Assembly: GCF_009914755.1 (NCBI RefSeq) | Contig: NC_060928.1 | Strand: one strand, 5' to 3' | DNA from: the human T2T-CHM13v2.0 reference genome, Homo sapiens | Length of the DNA: 64,000 nt | Shown: positions 45,563 to 60,947 of the stretch, piece after piece | How the letters are laid out: each line of letters opens with the position of its first letter | How positions within the stretch are numbered: the stretch's first letter is position 1 | Translations under genes and position numbers: made by a program | Notes under the pieces: model-generated | Told to the model about the DNA's origin: nothing | Databases searched by the model: none | Seen by the model: the letters and a program-made list of their open reading frames with translations, nothing else

Positions 45563-46395
45563 CTGAAATGAAGATTTATTTTCCCACAAGAGCATACCAG
45601 CTGTTGTCATCCACAGAATATCAATTGCCAGTATATCCAGGCATCTCACAAAAATGGACAGAACACATCCTCTCCCAGGGCCTCAAGATTACAAAATAAA
45701 TAAGACAAGGGAACCGCCCTCAAGGAGCTTTTTGTCTGAAGGGAAAATGAGACAAATATCAAATAACTCTGCTATGTGGCAGGAAGAGCTATGATCCTGA
45801 AGAAACACAGGGATGAAGTGTGTTGGGAGTTTAAAGGAAGGTGTCATTCCTTCTCTAATCCGTTCATGAAAAAAAGTTCGTGGGAGAGGTAGCATTTGCA
45901 TGGGGTTTTCAGAGAGCAAGATTTGGGTGTGATGTTAGCAAGAAAATAGAGCAGTTATGGCAACTGCGTTAGCTAATATTATAGTTTTGATGTTTCTAGA
46001 TCTATGTCTGTGTAAAAAGTTATTTTCTGCATACTTTGTTTGTGGGATAGCTCAAAGTTCAAGGAAATTAGATTCCCCATGCTGCACCTAGTAGAGAGAG
46101 ACTAGGAGGACTTTCTATGATTGACTGCCTCACCACGAAATTGATTCAAAATGAATCTCAGACATACATGTAAAAATTAAAACTATAAAATTTCTAGAAG
46201 AAAAATTTGCAACCTAAGGGCAAAGATTTATCAACACTTATAAACAATATTATATAACACCTAAAAACTTTTGCTCATCAAAAGACATCATTAAGAAAAT
46301 CAAAACGGCAGTACTACTGAGAGAAGAGAACATCTGTGCTGAATATATAAAGGACTCTTACAATACAATATATAACCCAATTAACAAATGGGCAA

Positions 46396-46700
<305 letters not shown>

Positions 46701-47040
46701 GGCAAAAGACTCCAACAGATTTTTAAGAAGATATACAAATGTCCAATAAGCATATGAAAAGATGTTCCTTATCAATAGTTAGAAAAAAAAATTTCAATGA
46801 ACTGCAACTAAAAGTAAAAGAATTGACAATAAGTGGTATTGATGAGGATATGGTACAAGAAATCTCATGCATTGCTGGTGGGAATACAAAATGGTACAGC
46901 CACATGGAAAACTAATGGCAGTTTATTATAAAACTAAACACACAAATATCCTATGACATAGAAATTATACTCTTAGGTATTTAACCAAAGGAAATGAAAA
47001 CATGTCTACGAAAAAGGCTTGTACAAGAATGTACAATTAT

Positions 47041-47335
47041 GATCAGGCATGGTCACTCACACCTGTAATCCCAGCACTTTAGGAGGCTGAGGTGAGCAGA
47101 TTGCTTGAGCCCAGGGGTTTGAAACCAGACTGGGCAACGTGGGGAAACCCTGTCTCTACAAAAATTATGAAAATTAACCAAGCATGGTGGCATGTGCCTG
47201 AAGTCCTAGCTACTTGGAGGGCTGAGGTAGCAGGATCTTTTGGGCCTGGGAGTTCGAGGCCACAGTGAGCCATGATTGTGCCACTGCACTCCAGCCTGGG
47301 CAACAGAGTGAGACCCTGAATGAAAAAAAAAAAGG
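47041..47335 (+). mobile_element. AluJ
   Basis: ttgcttgagcccagg J-type motif. Confidence 0.9.
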
Positions 47336-49070
47336 TACAATTAATAGGCTTGATATAATAAATATATTAAAATGTTTCACAGCAGGGAATACATATTTTT
47401 TCAAGTACAAATGGAGCATTTATAAAAAATTGATTATATACTACTTAAAAATACCAGTCACAACATAATTTCAAGAAAGGCTAGTATGCTACCTTCTCTG
47501 ATCACTAGAAAACAATAGCATAAAGTATCTCCCACAACCCACATAAATTTACTAACTTAATCATATACTTATTGGTTAAGGAAGGAAGTAAAATAGATAT
47601 TAGGAAATAATTACAGTTAACGACAATAAAGCTACATATCAAAACATTTGTGACCCAGTTTAATCCATATTTGTAATTAGTCTACAGCTTTAAGTACATT
47701 TATCTAAAAATAAAAATAAAAAATAAATGAGTTAAATTTTCAATTTAAGATGCTACAAAGAGAACCACATAATAAACGAAAGAAAGTTGAGGGGAGGAAA
47801 TAGTAAAGATAAGAGCATATTTTAATAAAATTGAAAGCAAATAATACCAAGTATCAGCAAAACCAGAAGCTGGTTGTTTAAAAAGATTAATAAAATCGAC
47901 AAACTTCAATCAATACTGATCTAAAAAAAGGCACAAATCAACAAGATTAGGAATGGAAAGGCGGCAAGTGCAAATGCATTTGAGCCTTAAAACTCCTAAG
48001 AAAATATCATGAACAACCTTATTTCAGTAAATTAGAATACTTAGGGAAAGAAATAATTTTCCAGAAAAAATGTTTGTTGTTATTTTTCTTTAGAAGCAGC
48101 ATAGTATAATGATTAAAAGTGTAGCCTCTGTGTCATATTTCCTGGGCCTGAATCTCAGCTTACTCCTTACTCATGGTGTGATCTTGAGCAAATTAATTAA
48201 ACTCTCAGCTTTTCCATTTGGAAAATGTGGATAATCATAGCACCTCATAGAGTTGATATAAAGATAAAAATAATAATGATTGTAACATGCAGAGAACACC
48301 ACCAGGCAAATATTATGTGCTTCATAAATATTTTCTAATATTTGTTGATATTATTTTCAGTGACCAAATCTAACTCAAGAATAGAAGAAAATGAACAAAC
48401 TAATAGCAACTAAGAATTCGATATTGCCTCCACAGGTCCATTTGCATTGTTTTATAAATGAGTTTTACCAGGCTTTCATATAACAATAATTCTCAGTTTT
48501 AATAGACTACTCCAGAGAATTGAAAGAGAGACAAGGTAAATATAACCTTGATAAAGACAACAAAGCACAGGATAAGATCAGTAAAATAAAATAAATTATT
48601 AACCAATATCACTTAACAATACAGATGTAAATATATATAAATTAAAAATTGGCAAATTAAAATATATTAAAAACATATCATGGCCAAGCATTCTATGAAA
48701 GGAAGGAAGATATAACATTAGCAGAATATAGTAATGTAATACATATTATCTCAATTAATTCAAAAGAAATAAATTGATAACATTTAACACTAATTCATGA
48801 TAAAAATGCTTTACAAAGCAAGAATAAAGTGAAGCTTTATACAGTTTAACTTTAATTTCTGACAAAGTAGATTTTGATGTGAAAATACATGTTTAGAAAT
48901 TTGTAGCAAACATCATACTTAGTGTTAAGCTTCTAGAAGCATTCTCATTTAAGAAGCAAATAACAATGCCTGCACTCAACATTTCTATTCAATATTGTCC
49001 TAACATCCCAGTCATTATAATAGGGCAAAACAAAGAAGTAAGAATGGTAAGAATTAAAAAGGAAGAGATA

Positions 49071-49402
49071 GGTTGGGAGCGGGAGCATTGCTTCATGCCT
49101 GTAATCCTAGCACTTTGAGAGGCTGAGGCTGGTGGATCATTTGAGCCCAGGAGGTCAAGACCAGCCTGGCAACATGTCGAAGTGCTGTCTTTACAAAAGA
49201 ATACAAAAAATTAGCTGAGTGTGGCGGTGGTATGTGCCTGTGAGCTGAGCTACTCAGGAGGCTGAGGTGTGAGGATCACTTGAGGCTGGGAGGTCAAGGC
49301 TCACGTGAGAGGTTGAAGCTACAGTGAGCCATGTTTTCACCACTGCACTCCAGCTTGGGTGACAGAGGGAGACTCTGTCTCAAAAAAAAAAAAAAAAAAA
49401 AG
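49071..49402 (+). mobile_element. AluJ
   Basis: Alu consensus with A tail. Confidence 0.9.
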
Positions 49403-50954
49403 GAAAAGACAAAATATTTTTTCTTAGGCAATATAATTATCATATAATTAGATAATATGCACACTATTACAACTAATATGAATGCTAAATTGTTAGATAT
49501 GAACCCAACATACTCAACTCAACGGCTTTCTTTTACAATAACCCTTTAGACAATATAATAGAAAAAACTAATTTTTAAGCTACAAAATATTAAAGGCATG
49601 TAATACTGAATATCACAAAAATCTCTAAGAATTTATGTAGGAATTACAAAAATTCTTGATAACATAAAAGAAGCTCGTATGTAAAGGAAGACTACATCGT
49701 GTTAATTTAAATGTAGACTCAATATTGCAGTGATATAAACTCTAGGCAAGTAATCAATATATTTCAATGCTAGTTCAATAAAAATCTAAGCAGAGTGTTT
49801 CATGGAACTAAAACAGCGGTTTCTAAAGTTAATGTAGAAGAGCAAACGGGCAAAAATAGTAAGGAAAATCTAAGGAAGAACAAGTTGGGAGGGGCAAGTC
49901 CTAGCAGATAACAAAACTTGGAAAGCTTTGGAAATTAAGACAGTGTGTATTATGCAGAGGCAGACAAATAGGCAAACAGAACAGAATAGAGAGCCAGAAA
50001 AATAATCCTTTTATTGATATGTGACAGAGATGACTTTATAAGCCAGTGAGCTAAGCAATAAATGCTGATGGAGAAATTCATAATTCACATAGAATATAGT
50101 AATAATGATAGAACCCTATATCAAACCACATACAAAGAGAAAAGATTAATTCTAAGGTGGGGTGGGGAATCTGACCAAAATGTCCAAGGCAAAACTTGAA
50201 AACTTTTAAAGAAAATAAGTAATAATATCATCATGATCCTAAGATAATGGAATTAGTTTTTAAAAATAAGGAAGACATTGACAGATCTGAGTAAGTTAAA
50301 AAAATAAAAACACAAAAAGAGAACAAGTCTGCATATGAACAGATACCATAAACAAAATGGAAAGGCGTGCCAGAGACTGAGAGATCTTTTCAATATACAA
50401 AATGAAAGCAGGATTGAGAAACAGTGAGAAATATTCTTTGGAACTAAATTACCAGAGTTCAAACCAGATTTCACCACTTATAACCTGGACAACTTTGGGT
50501 AAGGTATGTAACATCTGTGTGCTTCAGTTCCCTATACACAAACTGAAGATAACAAATCTTCCCATCTTTTAGGGCTATTGTAAAGATCAAATGGGTTAAT
50601 TAACAGAAGGTGCCCAAAACAAGGCCAGGCATATTATAAGCACTTAATAATGTTAGATATTATGTTATAGAATTAGTGTTAAAATATATAGAGAAATACT
50701 AAAAATAAGTAAGAAAAAGACAAATAAATTGAAAAATGGGCAAATATATAGTTTAGCATTTCAAAGAACAGGATACTTAAATGCCCAATAACTATTAGAA
50801 AAGATAGTCAAACTTACTAGTGATCAGGTAAATATAAATTACAACTACAAGGAGATACTATTTCATGCTCATGAGATTGTCAAAATTCAAAGTGTAGGGA
50901 GGGGTGTAGAGCAATAGAAAACCAACAAACTGCTTGCTAGGAATATAAATTACA

Positions 50955-51270
50955 GCCAGGGGGCGGTGCTCGCACCTATAATCCCTGCTTTTTGGGAGGC
51001 CAAAGAGGGAGAATTACATGAGCCCAGGAGTTTGAGACCAGCCTGGGCAGCAATAGTGAGACTCCATCTCTACAAAAAGTACAAAAATTAGCTGAATGTG
51101 GTGGCATGTGCCTGTAGTTTCAGCTACTTGGGAAGTTGAGGTGGGAGGATTACTTGAGCCCCTGAGGTTGAGGCTGCAGTGAACCAAGGTCAGGCCACTG
51201 CACTCCAGCCTGGGTGACAGAGCTAGACACTGTTTCTAGAAAAGAACAAAAAAAAAAAAAAAAAAAGAAG
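50955..51270 (+). mobile_element. AluJ
   Basis: Alu consensus with A tail. Confidence 0.9.
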
Positions 51271-51919
51271 AAGAGTGGTAAATTGCTACAACCAATTTGG
51301 GGAATAATGAATAATTTAACATTATCAAGGAACACTGATGATGCTCATGTTAGATAATCCAGCAATTGTACTCCCAAAATATAAACCATAGGGATTTAGT
51401 ATGAATGCTGCAAGACACATACAAGAATATTCTTAACAATATCATTAATGATGGTAAATAACTGGAGGCAACCCAAATGTCTTTCAATAGAGGAATGAAT
51501 AAATACTGTAATGGTATATTTATATAAAGAAACTCTACATTCAGTACAATGAATGAACAAGAACAAGGGCTATGTCCATCAACATGGATAAATATCAAAA
51601 ACATAATGTTAATCATAATTAGTAAACTAGGTCCCATGTCTTCTGACTCACTGTAGCACATCACTCCTAAGAATTTCTGTCTTATCTGCATGACCAAATT
51701 TATTATTTCAACTGGATTATTCCCATGAGCATACAACTATCTTATATTCCCTTCCAGCTACTATCCCATTTCCTTTATAGTAGAACTCTTTGAAGAGCTG
51801 ACTAAACTTAATGTTTCCAATTCTTCTACCATTCTCTTGCTTAATATTTGTAAATTCTTATTTTATCAAAAATAGATGCCTCCCAAAATATTATTTGCAA
51901 ATTTCAATTATTCTTCTTT

Positions 51920-53540
51920 TATTAATTAAATATTTTCAATAGATAATAGACCCATATTTCAGAAAGTTTAAAATATAAAGATTCTATATGCAGTGAAAAC
52001 TCTTCCATCTACCCCAATCTCTTTTCTACACAATTTCCACTCTCTTTTCCCAACTATTATTTCTTTCTTGTGTATTAGTTCAGTTTATTTGTATAACACA
52101 TGAAAATACAAATAAATATTCTTATTTTCCTCTATTTTCAACATAAATGTAGAATATTATGCTGACTGCTGCATAATTCTTTTTTTCAATTAATGATGTG
52201 TTTTGGAGGCCATTTCTTATCAGCACAAAATAGATTTTCAATTATTTTTTAACAAGTGTCTAATTTATTTTACCACTTTTCTATTGATGAACATTTCAAT
52301 TGTTTCCATACTTTTGCATTTACAATGATCCAATCAATGACCTTGTGTATATACTATTTTGTATGTGTGTAGGGATATGTGAATCAATTTCCAGAGGCGG
52401 GATTCCTAGGTCAAAGAAAAAAGGCATTTAATTTGTTTTAGATACTGATAAATTTCTTTTCCAAGGGATTGTGACAATTTAAACTTCTAGCAATGTATGA
52501 GAGTACCTGCTTCCCCATCACCTCACCAAGAGGTCTTATTATGAAATTTTTATTTTTTTAATTCTTATAGGTAGAAAATGGCAACTAGTTTTAACTTGCA
52601 TTTTTCTATCTTAAGTTGAATATTTCTTCATATGTTTAAAACTTTGTATTTCTTTTCCTGCAAATTATTTGTTTTTATCCTTTGCCAATTTTTAAAAAAA
52701 CTGTGTTATTGTTATTATCCATTTCTAGGAGCTCTTTAAATATTGGAGCTAATAAAAGAAGCTACAATAGCCATTCTGTCTGTGACATATTTTTTACTTT
52801 TCTATTGCTATTTCTTTGTTTATACTCTTTTTTCCTGCCATGCAGAAGTTTCTTTTTTGTTTTGTAACTTGTTGATATTGTATCTTGGTTAGAAGAACTG
52901 GCCCCGCTCAAATTATAAAACAATTTCCCCAATTTTTCTTCTGGTGCTTTTATTGATCTGTTATTTAAAACATTTAAATCTCTGGACCTCTTAGAACTTA
53001 TGCTTAGAATATGGTATAAGGCTTAGATATAATTTTATTTTATTTTTCCAGATGACTACCAGGTTATTCCATTTTTTTTGAGTATTCCATCTTTTAAAGG
53101 CCAAATTTAGGCTACTTCTAGATTTCCTTATTTCTATATATTGATTTATTTGTCTATTTATATACCACTAACACATTGTTTCAATTTAGGGGTTGAGGCT
53201 TCAAGTAGATTTTAAAATCTAATCAGGCTAATTCCTCCATTATTGCTCCCCACCTTTTTTTGAGAGTTCCTTCACTATTCTTGTCTATTTTTCCACCCAC
53301 AGATAGCACAGGTGTCTAGTGCCACAAAAATCTCATGGGTACTTTCTATCAGCAACCCATTACATTTATAAATTAACTTACAGAGAATTAATATCTTTGT
53401 TAACACTGAGTTTTTTGATCCAAGAGCTTGGTGTATCATTCATTTCTTTTACATCATTTTGTTTATTTTTTTCTGGCAAGTTTCTTTCATATAATCTTAC
53501 ATATTTCTTTTTATTCCTAGATATCTTGTATTGATTCTAT
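51920..53540 (-). mobile_element. Old L1ME-like 3' fragment
   Basis: T-rich; ttgatgaacattt, agcaatgtatgagagt, ttaacttgcattt. Confidence 0.65.
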
Positions 53541-53549
53541 CTTATCTCC

Positions 53550-54690
53550 CTAAACTGTAAACATTGGGATATGCCAGGGCTTCATTCTTAGCCTTTTCTT
53601 TTCTCTTTTCTATCCGTACCTCCTTCTTTGGTTATCTCATCCAGTCTCTTGGTTTTGCACACACGTTAGGGCTGAATTCCAGCTTTAACAGTTTTGCATA
53701 TTTTTATTGGACCTCCCCCTGAACTCCAGAACTCCAGATATATACCACTGAACACTCCTGGCTGTTTAACAGACATATATATCTAACGCAACATGACTAA
53801 AATCAATCTGCAAGTTTTTATCTCTGGGCCTGACTTTTCTCCCAGTCTTCCCCATCACAGTTATTGATAACTCTCTCTTTCCAGTTGTTCAAATCTCGAA
53901 CCTTGGAGTAATCCTTGACTCCTCTATTTTCCAAACCTCACATCCAATCATCACCAACTTCTGCCAGCTCTTCTTTAAAAACATATCCAGAATCTGACCA
54001 CTTCTTACCAGCCACCAGCATTTCAGCTTGAATTATGAGATGGCCTCCTAACTGGGTCTTCCTGCTTTCACCATTGCCCTTCCATGGTCTGTTTTCTACA
54101 TCTCAGCCAGACTAAAACAAATATAATGTAAGTGTTATTACATCACTTCTCTCTTCAAAATCACTCAAAGGTTGTCCACTGCACTCAAAGTAAGAGCCAC
54201 ATCCTTTCAATGGCTACAGGTCCTTTTATAACATAGCTCCTTCCTCCAAATACAACATATCATTGTCATCGTCAACCATCCCAGGTCATTTTCTACCTCA
54301 GGGCCTATGCGCATGATGGACCCTCTGTCTGGAATTTTCTTCCTTTTGTTGTCTTCTTGGTTCACACTCTTGGCTTTCAAATTGTGCTCCAGTGTCTCCT
54401 TATCAATAAAGTCTTTCCTGAAATCTCTACATAATAACAACCATTGGATAACACATGCCCTCTTTAAGTACTAGGATCTCCTTTATTTTGCCTGATTCTT
54501 CTCTGTAATATCTATCACCGTCTGACATATTAGGTTAAGTGTCACTTATTTGTTCATTTTCTGTCTCTTCCTTCTTGAATGTGCTATAAGGGCAATTTAC
54601 TGGTGATGTTTACTGCTGTATCTTCAGCACTTTGGTTGACCTATAGTAGAAGGTCAATAGATGTTAGTTGAATAAATAAATAAATTGACA
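53550..54690 (+). mobile_element. L2
   Basis: ctcatccagtctc, aaccttggagtaatccttgactcctc, ends gttgaataaataaa. Confidence 0.85.
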
Positions 54691-56530
54691 ATGAATGTGA
54701 ATTACATAAGTATATATGAAATGTTATATCATTAATATGGAGATTTAAACCGCAAAGTAGTAATCTACAATGCTTAAGGAACAGAAGCACATAAGAAAAG
54801 TATAAAAACATCTATAGGCTTTTAAGGAGAGGAAGAAGTCACCAGGAAAGGTACACGATGACACTGGATTATATATATAGTGTTCAACTTCTCAAAAGTA
54901 ATAAAGAAGCAAATGTGACCTAATGTTAAGATTTGATAAAACTGGGTAGTGAGTACATTATATAGTTCTCTAGTTTTATTGACGCCTTCAAAATATTTCA
55001 TTTCCTTTTCCAAGAAGAGGAAAACATAGTAATCCATTCAGGTACTATTCAGAAAATATATAGAGTCTAAAGATTTTAATGAGTAAGACACATTGAATGA
55101 TCACAAAATGTATTGCCGAGGAACAGATTGCAGTGATTGGCAAGGACTGACCAGGATTAAAATCTACCTAAATTTATATAACCCAGAGGGTAAAAGATTT
55201 TTCCTGGGTCCTTATTTAACTGAAAGCTTAGTAAGAAGAATAATGACTGAAGATGTTATTGATCTCGCCTAGAAAAAGCAGTTTAGTTATAGTTTTAGAG
55301 ACAATTGTGCCTATTAAAAAAAAACCCACATATATACAACAAATTTTTGATAATTTTTTTCTATGGGTCAAACTTATGCTAGTTACTAGGACTACAGAGC
55401 CCAATAAGATGAAAATGGGAAGAAAATCTGGCTTCAAAGAGTTCACAGTCTAGTGGGAAAGATGGACAAATAAACAGTTATAAAACAATGTGCTATAATT
55501 GTGCCATGATAGCGATGTGTGGGGTGCCTCGGGGGCAGAGGGCTGTGAGAATGAGCTTCCCACATGTCAATAGAGATCTGTGCTCACAGATAAACCTTAC
55601 CCAGAGCCATGCTGTCAGCAACTGTGTTCCAAAATCTACCATAATTATTAGTCCTCACTGCCAAATCCAGGGCCTCCCACTAGAATTTATTATACTCCAG
55701 GTTTTGCGAGGTTTTAAAAGTAATAAGGCATTTGTTAAACTCAACACATTCGTAGGCAGTTTTTATACTTCAGTTTAAGTGCCACGTGCTAACTTAATCA
55801 GGTTCTTTTTTTTTTCTGTGCTTCTAAAATATTCATATCGAACTAAAAGCCAGGAGGTTAGCACCTTGTTTATCAGAACATGGGGCATTCAAAACCAAAT
55901 GTATTCTCTAAATAATCGACTGATAAGAGATATGGAGAAAAGCCTCTCTCAGGAGATAGCTCTAAAATGATTTTCTCCAACAAAAGTTATTTATGAAATT
56001 AGGTAGCCAATTTGTTAGATATTAGGTGGCTCCCTTGTGATGCTCTGAGTTTAGCTATGGGTAAAAGCAAGTGCAACAACAGCTATAAAGGGGTCAATAG
56101 GCAAAGAAACCTAAATATATCCACCCAAAGGGTAACAATACACAGAAATGGTTTAAATATTAAAAGATCAATAACAGGATTTTGTTCATGGATTGCTATT
56201 AACAAATTTAATATTGTGCTTATATTTGACTAGCTATTATCCTCTTGAATTTATGTCCATCCTCAGAAAAGAGCACCACAGGACAAAATCCTACTGATTG
56301 AGATAATCCATAGCTGTGGCATTACCATTACTGCTCCAAGCCTTCAGGTCTCCTGCTGTCAGGTAAATAGATTTGACAAAAGTGAGGCGGCTTTTACATT
56401 GGAAACCATGATAGAAAAAACTTAAGGGTCATTTTTGGGAAGGAGTGCTACCTGTATTGCTTGGAAAGCTTAGTCAAAATGAGAAGTAACAAATTGCTAT
56501 TCCCTGAACTTGGAAACTTACAAATGAATG

Positions 56531-57130
56531 TGTGAACTCAAAGTATCTGAGACAGGTCTCAATTTTGCCAAGGTTAAGGATGTGCAGGAGACACAGCCTC
56601 AGCAGGTCCTGACGACATGTGCCCAGGGTGGTGGGGCACAGCTTGGTGGTATACATTTTAGGGAGACATGAGACATCAATCAATTTGTGTAAGATGTACA
56701 TTGGTTGGGTCCAGAAAGGCGGGGCAATTCAAGCAGGGAGGGGCCTCCAGGTCATATGTAGATAAGAGACAACCTTTTGCGTTCTTTTGAGTCTCTGATT
56801 AGCTGAATGCACAATTTAATGTGAGAAGTGGGTAGAGGAATAGTCACTTTTGCCTTAGTCTGGCTTAGTGAAACAAGAGGGAAGAAGAAGTCATCAGATG
56901 TGCATTTGTCTCACGTGAGCAGAGGAATGACTTTGAGTTCTGTCTGTCCCTTGTCTGCAAATAATTTCCTTGTGGACAAATTGTGAGGGAGGTATGCAGC
57001 TTTTTAAAAATCTTTGTGGCTATCTTATTTAGGAATAAAATGGGAGGCAGGCTTGCCTGACGCAGTTCCCAGCTTGACCTTTCCCTTGGCTTAGTGATTT
57101 GAGGGTCCTGCGATTTATTTTCCTTTCAAA
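56531..57130 (-). mobile_element. MER41 ERV1 solo LTR
   Basis: tatctgagacaggtctcaat, ggtcctgacgacatgtgccc, gatttattttcctttca; 4-bp TSD AATG. Confidence 0.85.
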
Positions 57131-57280
57131 AATGGTTTCTGCATTTAGAGATATTTATCTCAATTGTTGTAATGGTCAGCATTTCTCTTATTTTAATCAC
57201 AATGTTTTTCCTCCACTTAGGCCTAAAGCCTGGAATTTGAGGGAAATAATGTTCCTGAATCCATGTTTTATTTAGGCAAA

Positions 57281-57646
57281 TGACATGGTTAGGCTTTGTG
57301 TCTCCATCCAAACTCATCTTAAATTGTGATCTCCATAATCCCCATAATCCCCATGTGTCAAGGGAGAGACCAAGTGGAGGTAATTGAATCATGGGGGTGA
57401 TTTCTCTCATGCTGTTCTCCTGATAGTGAGTGAGTTCTCCTGAGAGCTGATGGGCCCGTCCCCCTTCGCTCGGCACTTCTCTCTCTCCTGCTGCCATGTG
57501 AGAAGGTCTGAATTTGCTTCCCCTTCTGCCATGCTTGTAAGTTTCCTGAGGTCTCCCAGCCACATGAGTCAATTAAACCTCTTTCCTTTATAAAGTACCC
57601 AGTCTGTGGTAGTATCTTTATAGCAGTGTGAAAATGGACTAATACA
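57281..57646 (+). mobile_element. THE1D/MST-like solo LTR
   Basis: tgacatggtt...ggactaataca; 5-bp TSD GCAAA. Confidence 0.9.
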
Positions 57647-58429
57647 GCAAATGATGCTATCATCTAAGAGGAAAGCTGACAAATCATAATGTTAACACGT
57701 GAATCCAAGCCTATCCATGTTAGACAGGAGGAGTTTTAGTAGTTTGTTGGTAAATTCCAGGGTAAATAAGGATCCATTTGGGAATATCCCTTATCTCTGG
57801 TAGCAAAAAGTAGAAATGGTGTCATATTTCCAGTTTGTATGCTAGAATAACTGCCTCATGTTTCTGGATAGGGTTTTAACTAAGAGTTGTGAAGAAAAAT
57901 TTAGGCCTTTGGCGGATAATATATGTAGGAAAAAAACCTCTACCCAATATTTAATCAATTTCATCCTATGAGGTTTATCTTACACACTATTGCCAGGATG
58001 GTCTTTTAATACAATTCACCTCATGTCTCAATCTCTGCTCTAAACCATTAAATAAGGCCTTACTACTTACAGAATAATGTCAAAACCCTTAAATATAGCA
58101 TTGAAGGTCATTCATTGTCTGGCTTCATACTACCTCACCATTCTTAAACACCCTATTTTCTAACTTCTTAAACACCCTATTTTCTGTCTACTCTTGCTTC
58201 TTTGAATTTCCCTTAACAGTCTCTGCTTTTCTTACCTGAATAACTCTCTCTTTCCGTATCATAATATTTTTCTCTTCTTATGTACATACTTTAAAATCCA
58301 ATTCAAATTTGTCTTTATAAACCTTTTCTGATCCTTCTGGTTAAATGTAATCCATCCGACTTTAAATTTTATATATTTAGTCACATTATACATTCTTCTA
58401 TAATTATTAGAAAATATACTTACATTGTT

Positions 58430-59930
58430 TTTCATCTCACAGATATTTCTTAAGCACCTACTATGTGCTAGGCAAAATGCTGGTGTTAGACTATGATAGT
58501 GAACAACTTCAGAGACCCTATATTTTAGTGGTAGGGATAGACCAAACATAGAAAAAGGGAGCGAGAGGAGAGAGAAGAAAAGAAGCAAATAAATAATGAA
58601 ATTTTATTGTAAGAAATGCTACAAAAAATCTCCCAACCAAACAAATTAGAACTATCACCGAGGCTGAGGAACTTTAGATACTTCGTCAAGGAAGGCCTCC
58701 CTGAGAAGATGAAATTGAAGGTAAGAGGTAGGGATCAGAAGATACAGTTATGGAAGGAGCAGAGGAAGAGCATTCAAGCAGAGGCAAAGATATAAAAAAG
58801 CCCAGGGGGAGGAAAGAGCACAAAAGCCCAGGAGGAGAAAAGAGCTTGGCACACCAAGGAAATGAAAGATGATTTTTGTCTAAAGCAAGGGGGAGGGGGG
58901 TGTTTAGGGGCTTGGGGTCCACACTAAGAGGTTTGGATTTTTTCATAAGTGCAATGGGAATCCATCTATAGGCTCTAGATGAAGAGGGACGTTTCTGTTT
59001 TAAATATGGTAATATAAAAATAATGATCACTGCCTTTGCAGGGGAAAATGGATTTTGAAATTGGGTAGAGTGGGGAAGATTAATTAGAAGGTTGTTGCAA
59101 GAGTCCAGTTATGGTATATTGTATTTCCAGATAAATGACCAGACATTACCTTCCATCACACAGCTTTGATCCTCCTTCCATGGGGAGGTGGAGTTGATAT
59201 TCTCTCCACTTAAACTGAATAATGGCTTAGGACTGCTCCAAACAATAGAGTAGGGTAGACTTGATGCTGTCACTTCATTGCCTAGACAATAAAGAGGATA
59301 CAACTTCCTCCTTGCTATCTCTCTTTGGGGCATTCATGCTATGGGCAGTCAGCCACCATGCTATAAGGAGGCCCAAATTATGTCGTGTGAAGAGGCCATT
59401 TGGAGGGATTCATGTGGAGAGACCCTCATGTAAAGGAAGTGAGACCTCCAGCCCTCAGGCAGTGTCATTCTGCAGGCACCCAAATGAATCTGCCTTCAGA
59501 TCCTCTCTGCCTTCAGCCTTCAGGTCTTCCAGCTAAAGCTTGGGCATCACGAACAAACACCAACTCTAGTACCCTGTCTGAATTCCTAATTCACAGAATC
59601 TGTGAGCATTTTTTTAAAAAGGTTATTTCATGCAACTAACTTTTGGGGTAATTGTGTTTCTTAGAAACCAAAATGAAACAAGTGGTTTTAGAGAAGGTGA
59701 CAGAAGGCAGATTCATGATATATTTTGGAGTCAGAATCTAAAAGATTTGCTGAGAAAAGGGATGTAGAGAGTGAAGAAGAGGGTATAAAGGATGGCTTTT
59801 AGATTTTTGGCTTCAGTGATATAGTGGACAGTAGCTCCATTTACTGGGATCAAGAAGACAAGAGGCTGCAGAGGACAGATTTGAAGGGAGCAAAGCTGAT
59901 CTTTCTTGCTAGATTTTAAGCTTTTTGAGA
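58430..59930 (-). mobile_element. L2 split by an MLT1 LTR (about 59110-59680, plus strand)
   Basis: gcacctactatgtgctaggc, ggaaggcctccctgag; MLT1 motif cacagaatctgtgagc. Confidence 0.7.
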
Positions 59931-60156
59931 GTAAGGAAGAGTTTATGTCCTCCATAGCACAAAGCATAGAGCCTTTTGAGTAGTAAGTACAATAAATATC
60001 TCCTAAATTGAACTGTGAAGAAACTACTGCCCATGACTGCCCCAGTGAGATCATTCCTTCTGAAAGAATTTATCTACAATATATATAGATATAAATGAAA
60101 ATCCATTTTTAACATTTGCATAAAGGGAATTGACATATTACATCAATTAATCACAC

Positions 60157-60867
60157 TTGGCAAGGGAAGGATACATAAATTAACTTGCTGTCTTTTAGAC
60201 ATTGGCTTATATACTGCAAAGTGATATAAGGAACGGGAAAATGTATAGTTAATTTGGCTCTTGGAGACAAGTATATATTAAAACTAGTCATATCAGTCAC
60301 AAAATGAGGGATTATCATTCCACATTGGTATGCAAACAAAACCTCCATTTTTTTTTCTTTGCTTATGGATAGTTCTAGCTTGTGTTGCATTGACCTTGGC
60401 CTTTTATTTGCAGCACAGTTGCTTAGATGTATATTGGCTATAGCTTCTTTATAAAGTGCCAAGTTGAAAATATTTGCTCCAGAGTTTTTGGGAAATTTCC
60501 TGATAGATCCAGGACTTCAAATATTCACAGTGTCAGAGTTACCATAGCTGCAGTGGCAGAAGGGCCTCTCTGCAGGGAATTCTTCAGAATAACACCTAAG
60601 TGGCTGCTAAGTCCTTCCCAGTTCCCTTAGTTACTGCAGCCTCCAAGAGGAAAAGCCATTTTATCTGCATTCTTGGTGTTTGACACAGTGCTTTATGCAA
60701 ACTTGCCCACTTTGTAAATACTTTCGCAGAGTCTGGTTTGCCTTTTCTTCCTGGCACCTCAGTTAAGAATTTATTTCCCTTAAAATATTTGCCAATTTCA
60801 TTTATATTCATAGGGCAAATATGAACTCTTGAGACCTCTCCTCTGGCCACATTATTGGCCTCTGTTT
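60157..60867 (-). pseudogene. Large relic exon holding two ~100-aa open stretches
   Basis: cctcaccccaccag acceptor, CAA|gtgtga donor; non-repeat ORFs 60596-60910 and 60151-60462. Confidence 0.55.
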
Positions 60868-60947
60868 CTGGTGGGGTGAGGAATGCTGTGCTCTGGATGC
60901 AATAGCGCATGCCTGAGTGAGGAGAGGCAAATGATTTGCAAATATAC

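Noticed and set aside
56531-57130. MER41 as an interferon-gamma STAT1 enhancer
   Set aside because: I found no intact TTCnnnGAA motif in this copy
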